Of a DNA stretch of 38,785 nt, positions 1-11,099 are shown in pieces (within the stretch, counting starts at the first letter, position 1; each line of letters begins with the position of its first letter). Under the pieces are notes generated by a model that was not told the origin of the DNA, did not search any database, and saw only the letters and a program-made list of their open reading frames with translations. The translations under genes were made by a program, and so were the position numbers. Where the stretch lies: positions 32,623,596 through 32,662,380 of the forward strand of contig NC_068997.1 of assembly GCF_001194135.2 (NCBI RefSeq), written 5' to 3'. This DNA comes from Octopus bimaculoides (lineage: Eukaryota).

Positions 1-330
1 AAAACGTTTTAAAATTTTGTAAACAGAGAGTTACTCACGTTTCTTGCTTAAATAAAAGAAATTTTATTTAACAAACTGTGACGCTAAAGACCGAGGTTAC
101 CGTGGTCTTTTCGTAGGTTTTTCTTTCCACGGATAACCTCCCCATTTATTGGGAATTTTTTGTATTATTTCGTATTTTTTGTAAATACCCCAAACGTTTT
201 GCGATGTTTTTTTTCATCGTTGTCCCCACTTTTGTTTTTTTTCTGCTTTGTTTTCGACCCCCTCGAAAAGAAAAACTCTACATTTGTATTTTGTCCCCTC
301 TGTGTTGAGCCCTGTGTGGCTAATAAAGAA

Positions 331-362
<32 letters not shown>
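1..362 (+). mobile_element. 3' end of an unclassified interspersed repeat (probable non-LTR retroelement tail) ending in AATAAA plus (CTAT)n
   Basis: Bases ~255-345 (ctctacatttgtattttgtcc...agccctgtgtggctaataaagaaatctatc) recur in reverse orientation at ~15400-15510. Hairpin gaggttaccgtgg/ccacggataacctc at 93-140. Clade not determined. Confidence 0.4.
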
Positions 363-363
<1 letters not shown>

Positions 364-379
364 AACATGTATATATATA

Positions 380-722
380 AACTAGCTCGGAATCATTTTT
401 GCTTACCTATGGACCCCTTTGATTACTATTTTACTCTGGTGAACCCCATAGCCATTCGCTGCTTATAATCTAGTTTTATAGAAACTTCTTTCAAAACTCC
501 TATTTTGTTTTTCATACATTAACTTGTGTAGGTTGAGCTATGTAAAATGTTTGAGCAAGAAACCTAGATGTTTCTTGCAATAAATACATTTAAAGTAAAC
601 TTTTTTCATGGACCCTTATTACACTACTTAGCAACCCCAATTTGCCATTTTGCTTGCGAGGATCCCCAAAATCTTAATATGGCTCTCCTAGGGGTCATCT
701 GGACCCCGGCTGAGAAGCACTG
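380..722. mobile_element. hAT-like MITE, degenerate left end
   Basis: Right end reads CAGTGCTTCTCAGCCGGGGTCC on the minus strand, typical of hAT/Charlie-type termini. Repeated internal ggacccc motifs. The left end matches only weakly and no TSD is seen. Confidence 0.45.
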
Positions 723-1133
723 TTTTAAAGCCTTAGTGTTTCTTTTATATCTTGGTATGTTTCCAATGTTTTATTTATTAGTATTTAATTGATGAATATA
801 TGTTTATATGAATTAATTTATTAGTAATTATGTATTTGTAGGTTTTAGATGGCATCTTAAATGTTAGCGTTTAATATCTATATACTTTTCCCACGGCCAA
901 CTCTATGTTGCTTGCTCGCGAGTTGGAAGCAGCAACAGTTTATTCATTTCGACACCAACAAAAAATTACACAATTGTTTACCCTGATGTGTTTCAAGACT
1001 GACAGATTTTCAGTTCTAAAATTCTATTATTATTAGAATTTGGATATTCTTTAATAAAATATAGATATTTTGAAATAATCATGAGAGAATGTCTTTGTAT
1101 TTAATGTTTACTAATCTGAACAAGAAAGGCAAT

Positions 1134-1164
1134 GATCCGGGTAACGCCGGGTCATTCAGCTAGT
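1134..1164 (+). mobile_element. Helitron-type 3' terminus
   Basis: GC-rich hairpin gatccgg-gtaacg-ccgggtc (1134-1153), then CTAG (1160-1163) followed by T. This is the canonical Helitron 3' signature. 5' end not located. Confidence 0.55.
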
Positions 1165-1493
1165 ATATATTATATAATGTACTCTTTGTATATCTAGGAC
1201 TATATTATCCCATTTCAAGACGGCAGGACCTAATAGGAAGTAAATGATATGTTAATTCCTTGTTTTTCAAGTTATATGGGTATGTATGTGTGCGTGTGTG
1301 TGCATGCGCGTGCGTATCGCGCGCGCGCGCATAAGTAAAGTTAATCGCCACATCAAAGTGGCTGTTCATGTTACTACTAGTTTAATCCCAAGCAGATCTT
1401 CCGCCAGCTGCTTATCGATGCGTCGCTGCATCCTGTATATACATATATATTGCTAGCAGGAGGAGCGAACCCCTACCTTCCTCTACCAAACAA

Positions 1494-1554
1494 CAGGATC
1501 GCGAAACTGACTCAGTTTCAAGCTGGTTGGCTCGTCTTCAGTCGCGAGTACCTG
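1494..1554 (-). ncRNA. Type-I hammerhead ribozyme-like motif (CUGAAGA core)
   Basis: Minus strand: cagg-tac-tcgcga CTGAAGA c gagc-caacca-gctt GAAA ctgag TC agtt-tcgcga-t-cctg. Both core boxes, 4-bp stem II, near-palindromic stem III and GUC triplet are present. Stem I is out of register by 4 nt. Confidence 0.5.
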
Positions 1555-1750
1555 GTCGCCAAAGCAATAGCCAGAGTCCGTTCCAGCCAGCAATATATTA
1601 TAAACAAAGCGACAACCGGTCACTGATTTGCAACAGGCAAAATAGTAAGTTATAAAATCTCGAGACGAGATCAGAGTAGTAACTATACTAACAAGTAAAT
1701 CGGTACATCCAAGTGTCTACTCTGATCTCTTTTTGAGATTTTCCTATATA

Positions 1751-2259
1751 NNNNNNNNNNNNNNNNNNNNNNNNNNNNNNNNNNNNNNNNNNNNNNNNNN
1801 NNNNNNNNNNNNNNNNNNNNNNNNNNNNNNNNNNNNNNNNNNNNNNNNNNNNNNNNNNNNNNNNNNNNNNNNNNNNNNNNNNNNNNNNNNNNNNNNNNNN
1901 NNNNNNNNNNNNNNNNNNNNNNNNNNNNNNNNNNNNNNNNNNNNNNNNNNNNNNNNNNNNNNNNNNNNNNNNNNNNNNNNNNNNNNNNNNNNNNNNNNNN
2001 NNNNNNNNNNNNNNNNNNNNNNNNNNNNNNNNNNNNNNNNNNNNNNNNNNNNNNNNNNNNNNNNNNNNNNNNNNNNNNNNNNNNNNNNNNNNNNNNNNNN
2101 NNNNNNNNNNNNNNNNNNNNNNNNNNNNNNNNNNNNNNNNNNNNNNNNNNNNNNNNNNNNNNNNNNNNNNNNNNNNNNNNNNNNNNNNNNNNNNNNNNNN
2201 NNNNNNNNNNNNNNNNNNNNNNNNNNNNNNNNNNNNNNNNNNNNNNNNNNNNNNNNNNA
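1751..2259. other. Assembly gap (largest of 9 N-runs; others near 6574, 7350, 8408, 21612, 23305, 30790, 35361, 36918)
   Basis: Runs of N, most of them next to microsatellites. Confidence 0.99.
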
Positions 2260-4600
2260 ATGTTTATTCTTTAATAAAGTAAAGTAAAAAAAAAAGTAAT
2301 CTAAATTTACGAATACAATTTGGCGGTGTTTACCATACATCGCAGATGCTTTATCTATGAATGCGGTTTGCAATAAGACATAGTAAAATAAAAGTTTTTT
2401 TAAGCTTAAAAAACCAAATTCAGTAATTATTATTTTTCAATAGTAAAAAGAAACTAAATTATTTTAAATTTACCAATATGTACATACAATTTGGTGGTTT
2501 ACATCGCGGATGTAGGTATCTGTGGATCGTCAACTCTCAAAACGAGTTGAGAGTTCCTTGAACTGTTTTCTTTTCCTCAAGGATTACATTATAAGGAGCA
2601 AAAGCTTCGTGACAATCCCCCATAATCTTGGAAAAGCATTGAGCATTTGGATCCATATCCTCGTACATAGAAAAACCTTTTTCGATATATTCAAATGCTT
2701 GCTGCATTTTCTTAATGGTAAAGTGACGTGGCTCAGGTTCAACTTCCTTTTCTTCTTTATTTTGCTGCTCGTGGAGCTCTATCAAATCCTCGTTCGTCAG
2801 GGGTTGCTTCTCTTTTTCAAATAAATCTGTGAAATCCTCCTCCTCCAAATCTATTTCTTTGCTTGTAGTCACCGACGTTTTGTTGATGGCAACATTATCA
2901 AACCCCTTAAAATCGTTCACGAATTGCGAGCATAGCTTCTTCTATATACCATTCTTAGCCGTGGTCTGTACATCATTCCATGCTGTTGCTATGTTCTGTA
3001 CAGCTTTGTAGATATCGTATCTCTTCCAAAATTCAGGAAATGTGATGGACTCATCAAGATCAGTTGCAGCTATTGCTTGCCGCAGTGTAAGCTTCATATA
3101 GTAACGCATGAAGATAGCAATTATTCCCTGATCCATTGGCTGCAGAAGAGACGTGGTGTTTGGTGGGAGGTATACGGCGTTAACGCTGGGGTCAAAATCT
3201 ATGATGTTTTTCGGGTGGCCAGGAGCATTATCTAAGATAAATTAAACCTTAAAAGGAATCGCCTTCTCCGTTCAGTACTTCTCTGCTGCTGGGATAAAAT
3301 GATTGAAGAACCGATCTTCAAAAACAACAATAGTAACCCATGCTTTTGAATTAGCCATCAATATAACAGGGAGAGATGCCTTGAGTATGTTCTTCAGGGC
3401 ACGGGGGTTGTGTGCATGATACATATGTAATGGCTTTAACTTAAAATCTCCTGCACAATTACTTCCCAACATAATGGTCACTCGTTCTTTTGAGATTTTG
3501 TAGCCTGGAATAGTTTTCTCCTCCTTGGAAATGAATGAATGGTTTGGCAATTTTTTTTAAACATTCCAGTTTCGTCTACGTTTAAAATCTGTTCGGAAAG
3601 AAACCCGTTTTCTTCGATGATTTTCTTTAATGCATTAGGAAATTCCGCTGCTGCCTGTTCGTCAGCTGATGCACTGTCACCTTGTTTCTTAATGAAGTGA
3701 TAACTTCTTTGCTCCTTAAATCTCATGAACCATCCTTGACTTGCCTTGAACTCTACATCTTTCTCATCTGGATATTTTTTCTTCAGGTCCTCAACAAAGA
3801 CAACGCTTTCTCTTGAATGATTTCTTAACTAATAGTAGCACACGGACAATTCAACCTAACAATCCAAAGAGAAACAAGACTTTCCATTTCTTCAAAAATG
3901 TTGCCTCTTTTCTTATTGATGAGAGTGTTCTTTATCTCTGGGGCTTCAGATTTTGATATGTTCTAAAATCTTGTCCTTATTATGTACAATCGTCGAAACA
4001 CTTGTAAGACGCATCCCAAAAGATCATGCAATTGCTACCACTTTTTCACATTTTACATGGCGTTTTATCATGGCCAGTTTATCTTCCAATGTTATAGCAT
4101 GACGCTTAGCACTTTCACTATGAATTTTCTTAGGAGCCATAGTGCAAAAAAAATAGTCACAAATGATTGAGAATGAAAAAGTAGCCGATAAGCAGACGTA
4201 AACAGATCTGAATTGAAAACAATCGCGGGAATCACGAGTGACGACGATGCCTAACGGTAGATATAGGAACTACGGGGCAATATGAGCTCTGAAAGACCGA
4301 TGAATAAGACAACACAGCTGATTTCATGGTTTCGTTCATTAAGGTACACTAATTTATGATGTGAATCTTAACGTTTACTGTACGTATTTTAATATGATTT
4401 TATTCTTATTTATTGTACAATAACATGATTTTATGTGCTTTTAACGGTTTTCTAGTGATTCTACGATTCCAATATTTGTGGCGGACAGACGTAAAGTCGA
4501 GTAAAATGACTTAACTTGATTTTTATTTTTCCATATATTATTTTTGAAAACCAAAAAGAGAACGACTTAAACCAAAACGACTTAAGCCGAGGTATACCTG
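2260..4600 (-). mobile_element. Tigger/pogo DNA transposon, decayed
   Basis: Terminus TA|CAGGTATACCTCGGCTTAAGTCG at 4600, with subterminal acgacttaa repeats. The other TIR is not seen and probably lies in the gap at 1751-2259. Confidence 0.9.
2537..4140 (-). pseudogene. Tigger-type transposase pseudogene (CENP-B-like HTH plus DDE_1, DD32D)
   Basis: Starts MAPKKIHSESAKRHAITLEDKL and contains FKASQGWF, NVDETG and LDNAPGHP...QPMDQG, with 32 residues between the 2nd and 3rd Asp. Broken by stops and frameshifts. Confidence 0.9.
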
Positions 4601-4676
4601 TATATATATTATGTGGTGAGGCTTAAACAAGTAGAAAAGCAATCGATCAGCTAAGAATAAAGATGATTATATCTTA

Positions 4677-4870
4677 TTGTATGTATGTATGTATGTATGT
4701 ATGTATGTATGTATGTATGTGTGTGTGTACGTGTATGTATGTATGTATGGATGTATGGATGTATGTATGGATGGATGGATGGATGGATGGCTGGATGGAT
4801 GGATAGGTAAATGAATGGATGGATGGATGGTTGGATAGATGGATGGATGCACGCATGCATGCATGCATGT
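4677..4870. repeat. (GTAT)n/(GGAT)n compound microsatellite
   Basis: Direct reading. Confidence 0.95.
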
Positions 4871-5699
4871 ATGTAAACATTACAAAGTGCAGTTGATGGA
4901 CAAGCGAAAGTCAGGTAACTGCGATATCAAGATATTCATTCTCGAGAAACTTAATGTTGAGTGTGCTTCGATAAACTATTACCAATGTCAATATGAAAAG
5001 CTGGAATAAACTTCATATTACATACTACTTATGTCACATTACCGACGCTCTTTCACTGTAGTCTAACTATACACCTACAGTGAATTGGGAGAGGTGGGTA
5101 TATATTATTTAACAGCCTAGAATTCGTCTATCAATACATATATAAATATTGAAACATGCACCACTATTAGGTATCAAGTCTCAGAAAATAAAATAAACAA
5201 ATAACGTTACTTCAAACTCTGCAATTAATACTAATAATCGAACTCACAACAATACACTATATAATACCCTGGTGTTCATACATGATCAAACAGATAAGTT
5301 TCTATTTGGAGAGACAGTGTGTATTTAGGTAGCAATGCGTGCGGTTGTATGTGTTTGTGCGTAGTAGTTTGTGTGTTTCTGTGTACCTACATGTATCTGT
5401 ATTTGTGTGTGAAAGAAATTGGAGAAAGCAAAAGAGAAATGAATGATAGAGAACAGGGAGAAATAGAATCATGTAGAGAGAGAGAGAGCGGGGAGAGAGA
5501 GCGAGAAAATGATGGAAAACGTGGAATAGTTGCTAAGCGTTGGTTCTGTTGCTATAGCAACAATATTTCAACAGACTTCGAAAGAGTGAACACCATTCTC
5601 TTTCTCCTCCCTTCTTTCTCTTTTCTGTATATCCACCTTTAGCCTTTCTCTTTCTTTGTGTACGAATGTGTGTATGTGTGAGTGTGATGTTGAGCTGCA

Positions 5700-5891
5700 T
5701 GGATATGTAACCACACACACACACACACATACGCACACACACACATACGTACACACACCATACGCACACACACACATACGCACACACACATACACACACA
5801 TATATATATGCACGGATGTACATATATGTGTGTATATACACAAATATACATATGTATACACATACATACACGCGCGCACGCGCGCGGACAC

Positions 5892-5942
<51 letters not shown>
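5700..5942. repeat. (CA)n-rich compound microsatellite
   Basis: Direct reading; source of the spurious VC/HT ORFs. Confidence 0.95.
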
Positions 5943-5945
<3 letters not shown>

Positions 5946-6020
5946 GTGCCAGTTATAGTTTGTTTACGTTTTATATAAGATTTACCCTTCTTCGCAACTT
6001 CGGAAGCTGAGAGGCGTGCT

Positions 6021-6073
6021 AAGCAGCTCTGATGAATGAGTATTGAATAATATGAAACACGTGGCAATCGCTT
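6021..6073 (+). ncRNA. Degenerate type-I hammerhead-like motif
   Basis: aagcagct CTGATGA atgagtattgaataatat GAAA cacgtg GC aatcgctt. Core boxes intact and stem III palindromic, but the U of the cleavage triplet is G and stems I/II are partly mismatched. Confidence 0.4.
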
Positions 6074-6194
6074 CCTCGCTTTCAACGAGCGAAATCTCTG
6101 TGATTTAATCGCAGATTATATTCTCTCAGCGAGACTTAAGTACATGTGTAGTACACATAGTATATAAGATTTCTGTACACAAACACACAGGTTC

Positions 6195-6385
6195 GTGTTA
6201 GCAGTTTTGAGGGTAGTTCTGGTCGATTAAATAAACCCTGGTACTTACACTGATACATTATTGATTGACCCAGGTGGGAAGAAAAGTAAAGTTGATTTCA
6301 GTGGTCCTTGAATTCGGGACATAAGGAGCCAGAACAAACACCACAAGGCATTATTTTATCCGATGGTCTAACCATTCTGCAAATC
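6195..6385 (-). mobile_element. tRNA-derived SINE family A, degenerate copy
   Basis: Similar to 10881-11087 (gtcgatta...ctggtactta...gacccaggtgggaagaaaagtaaagttga). Confidence 0.6.
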
Positions 6386-6496
6386 CATCAGCCTCATAAT
6401 TAGATACAATAAAATGCAAATGTGATTTTGCTCTTGGGGACACTTGGCAGAGGAAGATTGAAACGACTGAGAGTTAAATAAGTTAATAAATAACAT

Positions 6497-6506
6497 GTGT
6501 GTAGTG

Positions 6507-6559
<53 letters not shown>

Positions 6560-6704
6560 GGGAGAGAGAGAGANNNNNNNNNNNNNNNNNNNNNNNNNNN
6601 NNNNNNNNNNNNNNNNNNNNNNNNNNNNNNNNNNNNNNNNNNNNNNNNNNNNNNNNNNNNNNNNNNNNNNNNNNNNNNNNNNNNNGAGAGAGAGAGAGAG
6701 AGGG

Positions 6705-6751
<47 letters not shown>

Positions 6752-6825
6752 CTTTGCGGTAAGAAGTTTGCTTGTCAACCACATGATTTCGGATGCAGTT
6801 GAACTACGAGACATCTGGACATATC
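6497..6825 (+). repeat. (AG)n/(GT)n microsatellites spanning a gap, followed by a decayed SINE-B head
   Basis: Direct reading. gcggtaagaagtttgcttgtcaaccacatg at ~6755-6790 matches the SINE-B head at 33688. Confidence 0.8.
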
Positions 6826-7822
6826 TAATATATATATATATATATATTATTGTCTGGGGAGAGTCATTCTCTTTTAGTGCCTTATTACTTGACATACTCA
6901 CCGATTCGATTTCCACTCTTTTAGTTATTCATTTATTTTTTCATAAAATTTTCGTTGCGGCTTGCAACCGCTTCAATAGTCGTTGACTCTGTCCGTTATC
7001 AGAGCTGCATTCCTTTTGTTTGTTTATTTGTTCGTTTGTGCTCATGTGTGTGCGTCAGTGTGCATGTGTATACACATGTGTATGTATGTATGCAAGTATG
7101 TATGTGTGTGTATGCATGTATGTGTCTGTGTGTATGCATATATATGTATGCGTGTGCGTACGTTTATATGTATATATGTATGTATTCTGCATATTCAAGT
7201 GTTCATGTCATGTTTCTGTTTGTATGTGTGCGTGTGTGTATGTGTGTGTGTGTATTTATGTGTGTATCTCTGTCTCTTTGTGTGTGCATGTTTGAGTGTG
7301 TCTACGTGCATTGGTTTGTGTGACTATGAACGTGCGTCTGTTATGTATGNNNNNNNNNNNNNNNNNNNNNNNNNNNNNNNNNNNNNNNNNNNNNNNNNNN
7401 NNNNNNNNNNNNNNNNNNNNNNNNNNNNNNNNNNNNNNNNNNNNNNNNNNNNNNNNNNNNNNNNNNNNNNNNNNNNNNNNNNNNNNNNNNNNNNNNNNNN
7501 NNNNNNNNNNNNNNNNNNNNNNNNNNNNNNNNNNNNNNNNNNNNNNNNNNNNNNNNNNNNNNNNNNNNNNNNNNNTTTGTATCAATTACATTTACAGAAT
7601 AAAGTTTAATACCAAATCCATTTTCTCGTTACTTCATTAATATAATTCCCCCAACTGACACGGCGGAGTTCCTGAAGTAGATCCAACGGAAATATACCAC
7701 CACTGCAGATAACATGTAGCCCAAACTGTGCCAGTGCTCTACTCAACACTTACAGGCACTAATCGATTTATACCTGTTAGTCCAAAATATTAATTATATA
7801 TATGTGCATGTGTGTGTGTATG

Positions 7823-7866
<44 letters not shown>

Positions 7867-7919
7867 ATAAATAATATATATATATATATATATATACATG
7901 CATATATGGGTACAGGATG

Positions 7920-8407
7920 TCACCAACGGTGGAAATAACATGAAATACCTATATAAACAAGGAAAAATCGAGTGAAATACGCAAAGAACGAGAAAAATAT
8001 GGAGAACAGGACAAGTTAACACAGAGAAAGGACCCTTCATCAGCTGTCTATCTACTCCTCATTTCGAGCATTCAACGATAATATGAGTTTTCGAAGACAC
8101 TTGCCCCCATAAATCCTAAAATAAAATTTAGGATTTATAGAGGGTCAAAGTTGCGAACAAAAAAGTGACAATGAAGACATACAAGGAAACCGAACGAAAA
8201 CAAACATGGAGGGTCGTTAGACCAGAACGAGAGGAAAGTAGTGAACGTTGGGAAAAATATTTTTTTTGTTTTGTAAAGAGAAAAGATAGAAGAGATAGAG
8301 AAAACAAAAACACGTCCGTCCGTTTAAAATTCCGTGCCGGAAAAGAAAGATAGTCACATGAGGAAAATAAAAATGGACGATAGTCACATGTGAGCAACGA
8401 GAGATAG
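7920..8407 (-). mobile_element. Unclassified interspersed repeat, possibly Penelope-like-derived
   Basis: Purine-rich block with a 12-bp perfect hairpin (8109-8138) and a minus-strand CTGATGAAGG box at ~8035-8044. No ORF. Confidence 0.35.
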
Positions 8408-8905
8408 NNNNNNNNNNNNNNNNNNNNNNNNNNNNNNNNNNNNNNNNNNNNNNNNNNNNNNNNNNNNNNNNNNNNNNNNNNNNNNNNNNNNNNNNNNNNN
8501 NNNNNNNNNNNNNNNNNNNNNNNNNNNNNNNNNNNNNNNNNNNNNNNNNNNNNNNNNNNNNNNNNNNNNNNNNNNNNNNNNNNNNNNNNNNNNNNNNNNN
8601 NNNNNNNNNNNNNNNNNNNNNNNNNNNNNNNNNNNNNNNNNNNNNNNNNNNNNNNNNNNNNNNNNNNNNNNNNNNNNNNNNNNNNNNNNNNNNNNNNNNN
8701 NNNNNNNNNNNNNNNNNNNNNNNNNNNNNNNNNNNNNNNNNNNNNNNNNNNNNNNNNNNNNNNNNNNNNNNNNNNNNNNNNNNNNNNNNNNNNNNNNNNN
8801 NNNNNNNNNNNNNNNNNNNNNNNNNNNNNNNNNNNNNNNNNNNNNNNNNNNNNNNNNNNNNNNNNNNNNNNNNNNNNNNNNNNNNNNNNNNNNNNNNNNN
8901 NNNNN

Positions 8906-8938
<33 letters not shown>

Positions 8939-8940
<2 letters not shown>

Positions 8941-9156
8941 AGGGATTGTTGAAAAGTTTCTGGCTTTAAGGGTATCACGAAAAGCCTTGTTGGAGGCCCA
9001 ACCTTCCGAGTTCTTTTAAATAGCATAGTAAAACATAGAAAAGCTGCAATAATTATGTCAATCTGAGAAGAGGAATAATGCTGAATAAAATCATCATTAA
9101 CTGATCCTCCTGTATTTCCTTTTACCCAAAGACAGAAACTTTTGAGCACTCACTCG
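8939..9156. mobile_element. Mariner-type MITE (218 bp) with TA target duplication
   Basis: Left end TA|caagggattgttgaaaagtttctggcttt; right end reverse-complemented TA|cgagtgagtgctcaaaagtttctgtcttt (25/31 identical including TA). Inserted in a (CA)n tract. Confidence 0.8.
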
Positions 9157-9429
9157 TACACACACACACACACGCACACACTCACACACAAGTAAATGGA
9201 CAAACGAAAGAAAAAATGCACTCAACACATTTAGTAGGAGTCGCATGTATTATTATTTCTAAACGTTCGGGCTCAGATTACTGAATTAGGTAATCTGAGC
9301 CTGGACAAAAGGGGTTTCTGTTAAAAGCCCGCGAAACTTGCATGGAGCCGAATCAAACTGTTTTCAGTAATAACGATGAACTCTCGCGTAGCTAGACGAC
9401 GTATAAGGGGTTTGCAGGTGCTTGTTGAA

Positions 9430-9650
9430 CATTCATACAAATGATTTGTTTATAGTGTTGCACATAAGTTCACTCCCTCCATCAAATCGACATTTCCTGC
9501 ACAAGTGCACGACTTGCCACATATCACGACAAAATGATCGCAGAGCAGCGTAAAGTGTATTGCTCAAGAACACAATGCAACGCCCGGTCTGGGAATCGAA
9601 ACCACGATATCGGAATCCTGAGTGCAACACCCTAACCACTAAGCCATGAC
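9430..9650 (-). mobile_element. tRNA-derived SINE family C
   Basis: Minus strand A-box TGGCTTAGTGG and B-box GGTTTCGATTCC, then tgtgttcttgagcaatacacttta. Head related to 31008-31324. Confidence 0.8.
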
Positions 9651-9682
9651 TTAAAATTTTGTGGCACAAGACAAGCAAATTT

Positions 9683-10150
9683 GGGTGAGAGAGTAAGAAG
9701 CTTGCTTCCCAACCACGTGGTTTGGGGTACAGTTCCACTGTGTGGTGCCTTGGGTAAGTATCTTCTATAGCCTCGGGCCGACTAAAGCCTTGTGAGCGGA
9801 TTTCGTAGACGGAAACTGAAAGAAGCGTGTCGTATATATATATGTGTGTGTATGTGTGTGCGTGTGTGTTTGTGTTTGTGTTCATCCCCCACTACCACTT
9901 GACAACCGGTGTTGGTGCGTTTATATCCCTGTAACTTAGCGGTTCGTCAGAATGGACCGATAGAATAAGAACTAGGCTCAAAAAATAAGTCCTGTGATTG
10001 ATTTCTTCAACTAAAGCCCTTCAAGGCTGTGGACCAGCATGGGCGCAGTTAAGTGACTGAAACAGGTAACAAGTAAAGATAAAAAAGATAAATAAAGAAA
10101 GTAAAAATTAGGCGGTGCTCCAGCATGGCTGCAATCCATCGACTGAAACT
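9683..10150 (+). mobile_element. tRNA-derived SINE family B (CORE-like middle, internal GT tract) with duplicated tail
   Basis: Colinear with 33688-34122 and 14545-14765. The tail ggcggtgctccagcatggc is repeated at ~10110-10150. Confidence 0.9.
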
Positions 10151-10176
10151 ATTAAACGTTCAAAAGAATATAATAA

Positions 10177-10211
<35 letters not shown>

Positions 10212-10880
10212 ATGACTACGGTTTTGTGATCCACCACACATTCAGTTTTATTTCTTCAGAACACTCAGGAAATTTTGCTTAGATTCGTTTTTTATAAACG
10301 AATTTCAAAATATGATTTTGCAGAAATCCGTTTTTGCGAGCATTCATAAGCTGTATGTGAATAAAATTTTGAATAAAATTTTATTGAGAATGAGTCTTGG
10401 ATCATTCTCTCCCCACCTGACTCTATTTCCATTAAATGAATTAAAATCTTCAAAATATGAGGCACCTAACTAGATTGTTCCTTCATTATCGGTCGAAATT
10501 GCTGATGTTGAGAGTAACATTAATGCAGATTTTTGACTAAAATGGATGTCAGTCTCGAGGCATAAGCATTTTTCAAATATAATTGAATTTAGTGACTTCA
10601 AGAGCAATGAAAACAATGCAATCAAAATACCCAAATGCAAGGGCAGCTGCTGACTTGCTTACATTTCTAAGTTTCGATATGTTTCCTAAACTGTGTTTAG
10701 TCAAATTAGAGCACAATTACATATACAAAACTGATTTAACTTTCATGAACGCAGTCGCCTAATACTTAAACAGAAGTATTCACCGTAATGTTCATGTTAT
10801 TTTTAACGGCTCTAAGGCTACTAGATCTCATTAAAAGTGTAGAATTTTTCAATGAAAACATATTATTATTATTATTAATA

Positions 10881-11087
10881 TTTTCTACACTGGACACAAG
10901 GCCCGAAATTTGGGGGAAGGGTGCCAGTCGATTAGATCGGCCCCAGTGCGCAACTGGTACTTAATTTATCGACCCCGAAAAGATGAAAGGCAAAGTCGAC
11001 CTCGGCGGAATTTGAGCCCAGAACTTAAAGACAGACGAAATACCGCTTAGCATTTCACCCGGCGTGCTAACGTTTCTGCCAGCTCGC
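10881..11087 (-). mobile_element. tRNA-derived SINE family A, well preserved
   Basis: Minus strand gcgagctggcagaaacgttagcacgccggg...gggctcaaattccgccgaggtcgactttgcctttcatc; pol III A/B-box-like head; flanked by (TTA)n on both sides. Confidence 0.9.
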
Positions 11088-11099
11088 ATTATTATTATT

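Noticed and set aside
1504-1660. Promoter-like reading: AP-1 site TGACTCA inside the palindrome aaactgactcagttt, TATA-like tattataaa, and GTAAGT donor near 1645
   Set aside because: The palindrome is equally explained by stem III and flanks of the minus-strand hammerhead, and short motifs alone cannot support a promoter.
4651-7640. Many 60-200 aa ORFs rich in VC/HT/YI/ER dipeptides or X (also at 13439-13766, 17047-17311, 20974-21222, 23282-23546, 30525-31862)
   Set aside because: They are translations of microsatellites or N-gaps, not genes.
8030-8100. Minus-strand gctcGAAA...CTGATGA as a type-II hammerhead
   Set aside because: Only 18 nt separate the boxes, with no stem III, NUH triplet or stem I; there is no GAAA downstream for type I.
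9430-9650. tRNA-like A/B boxes here and at 10881, 31008 and 33688 as tRNA genes
   Set aside because: No cloverleaf or anticodon arm; they continue into SINE bodies.
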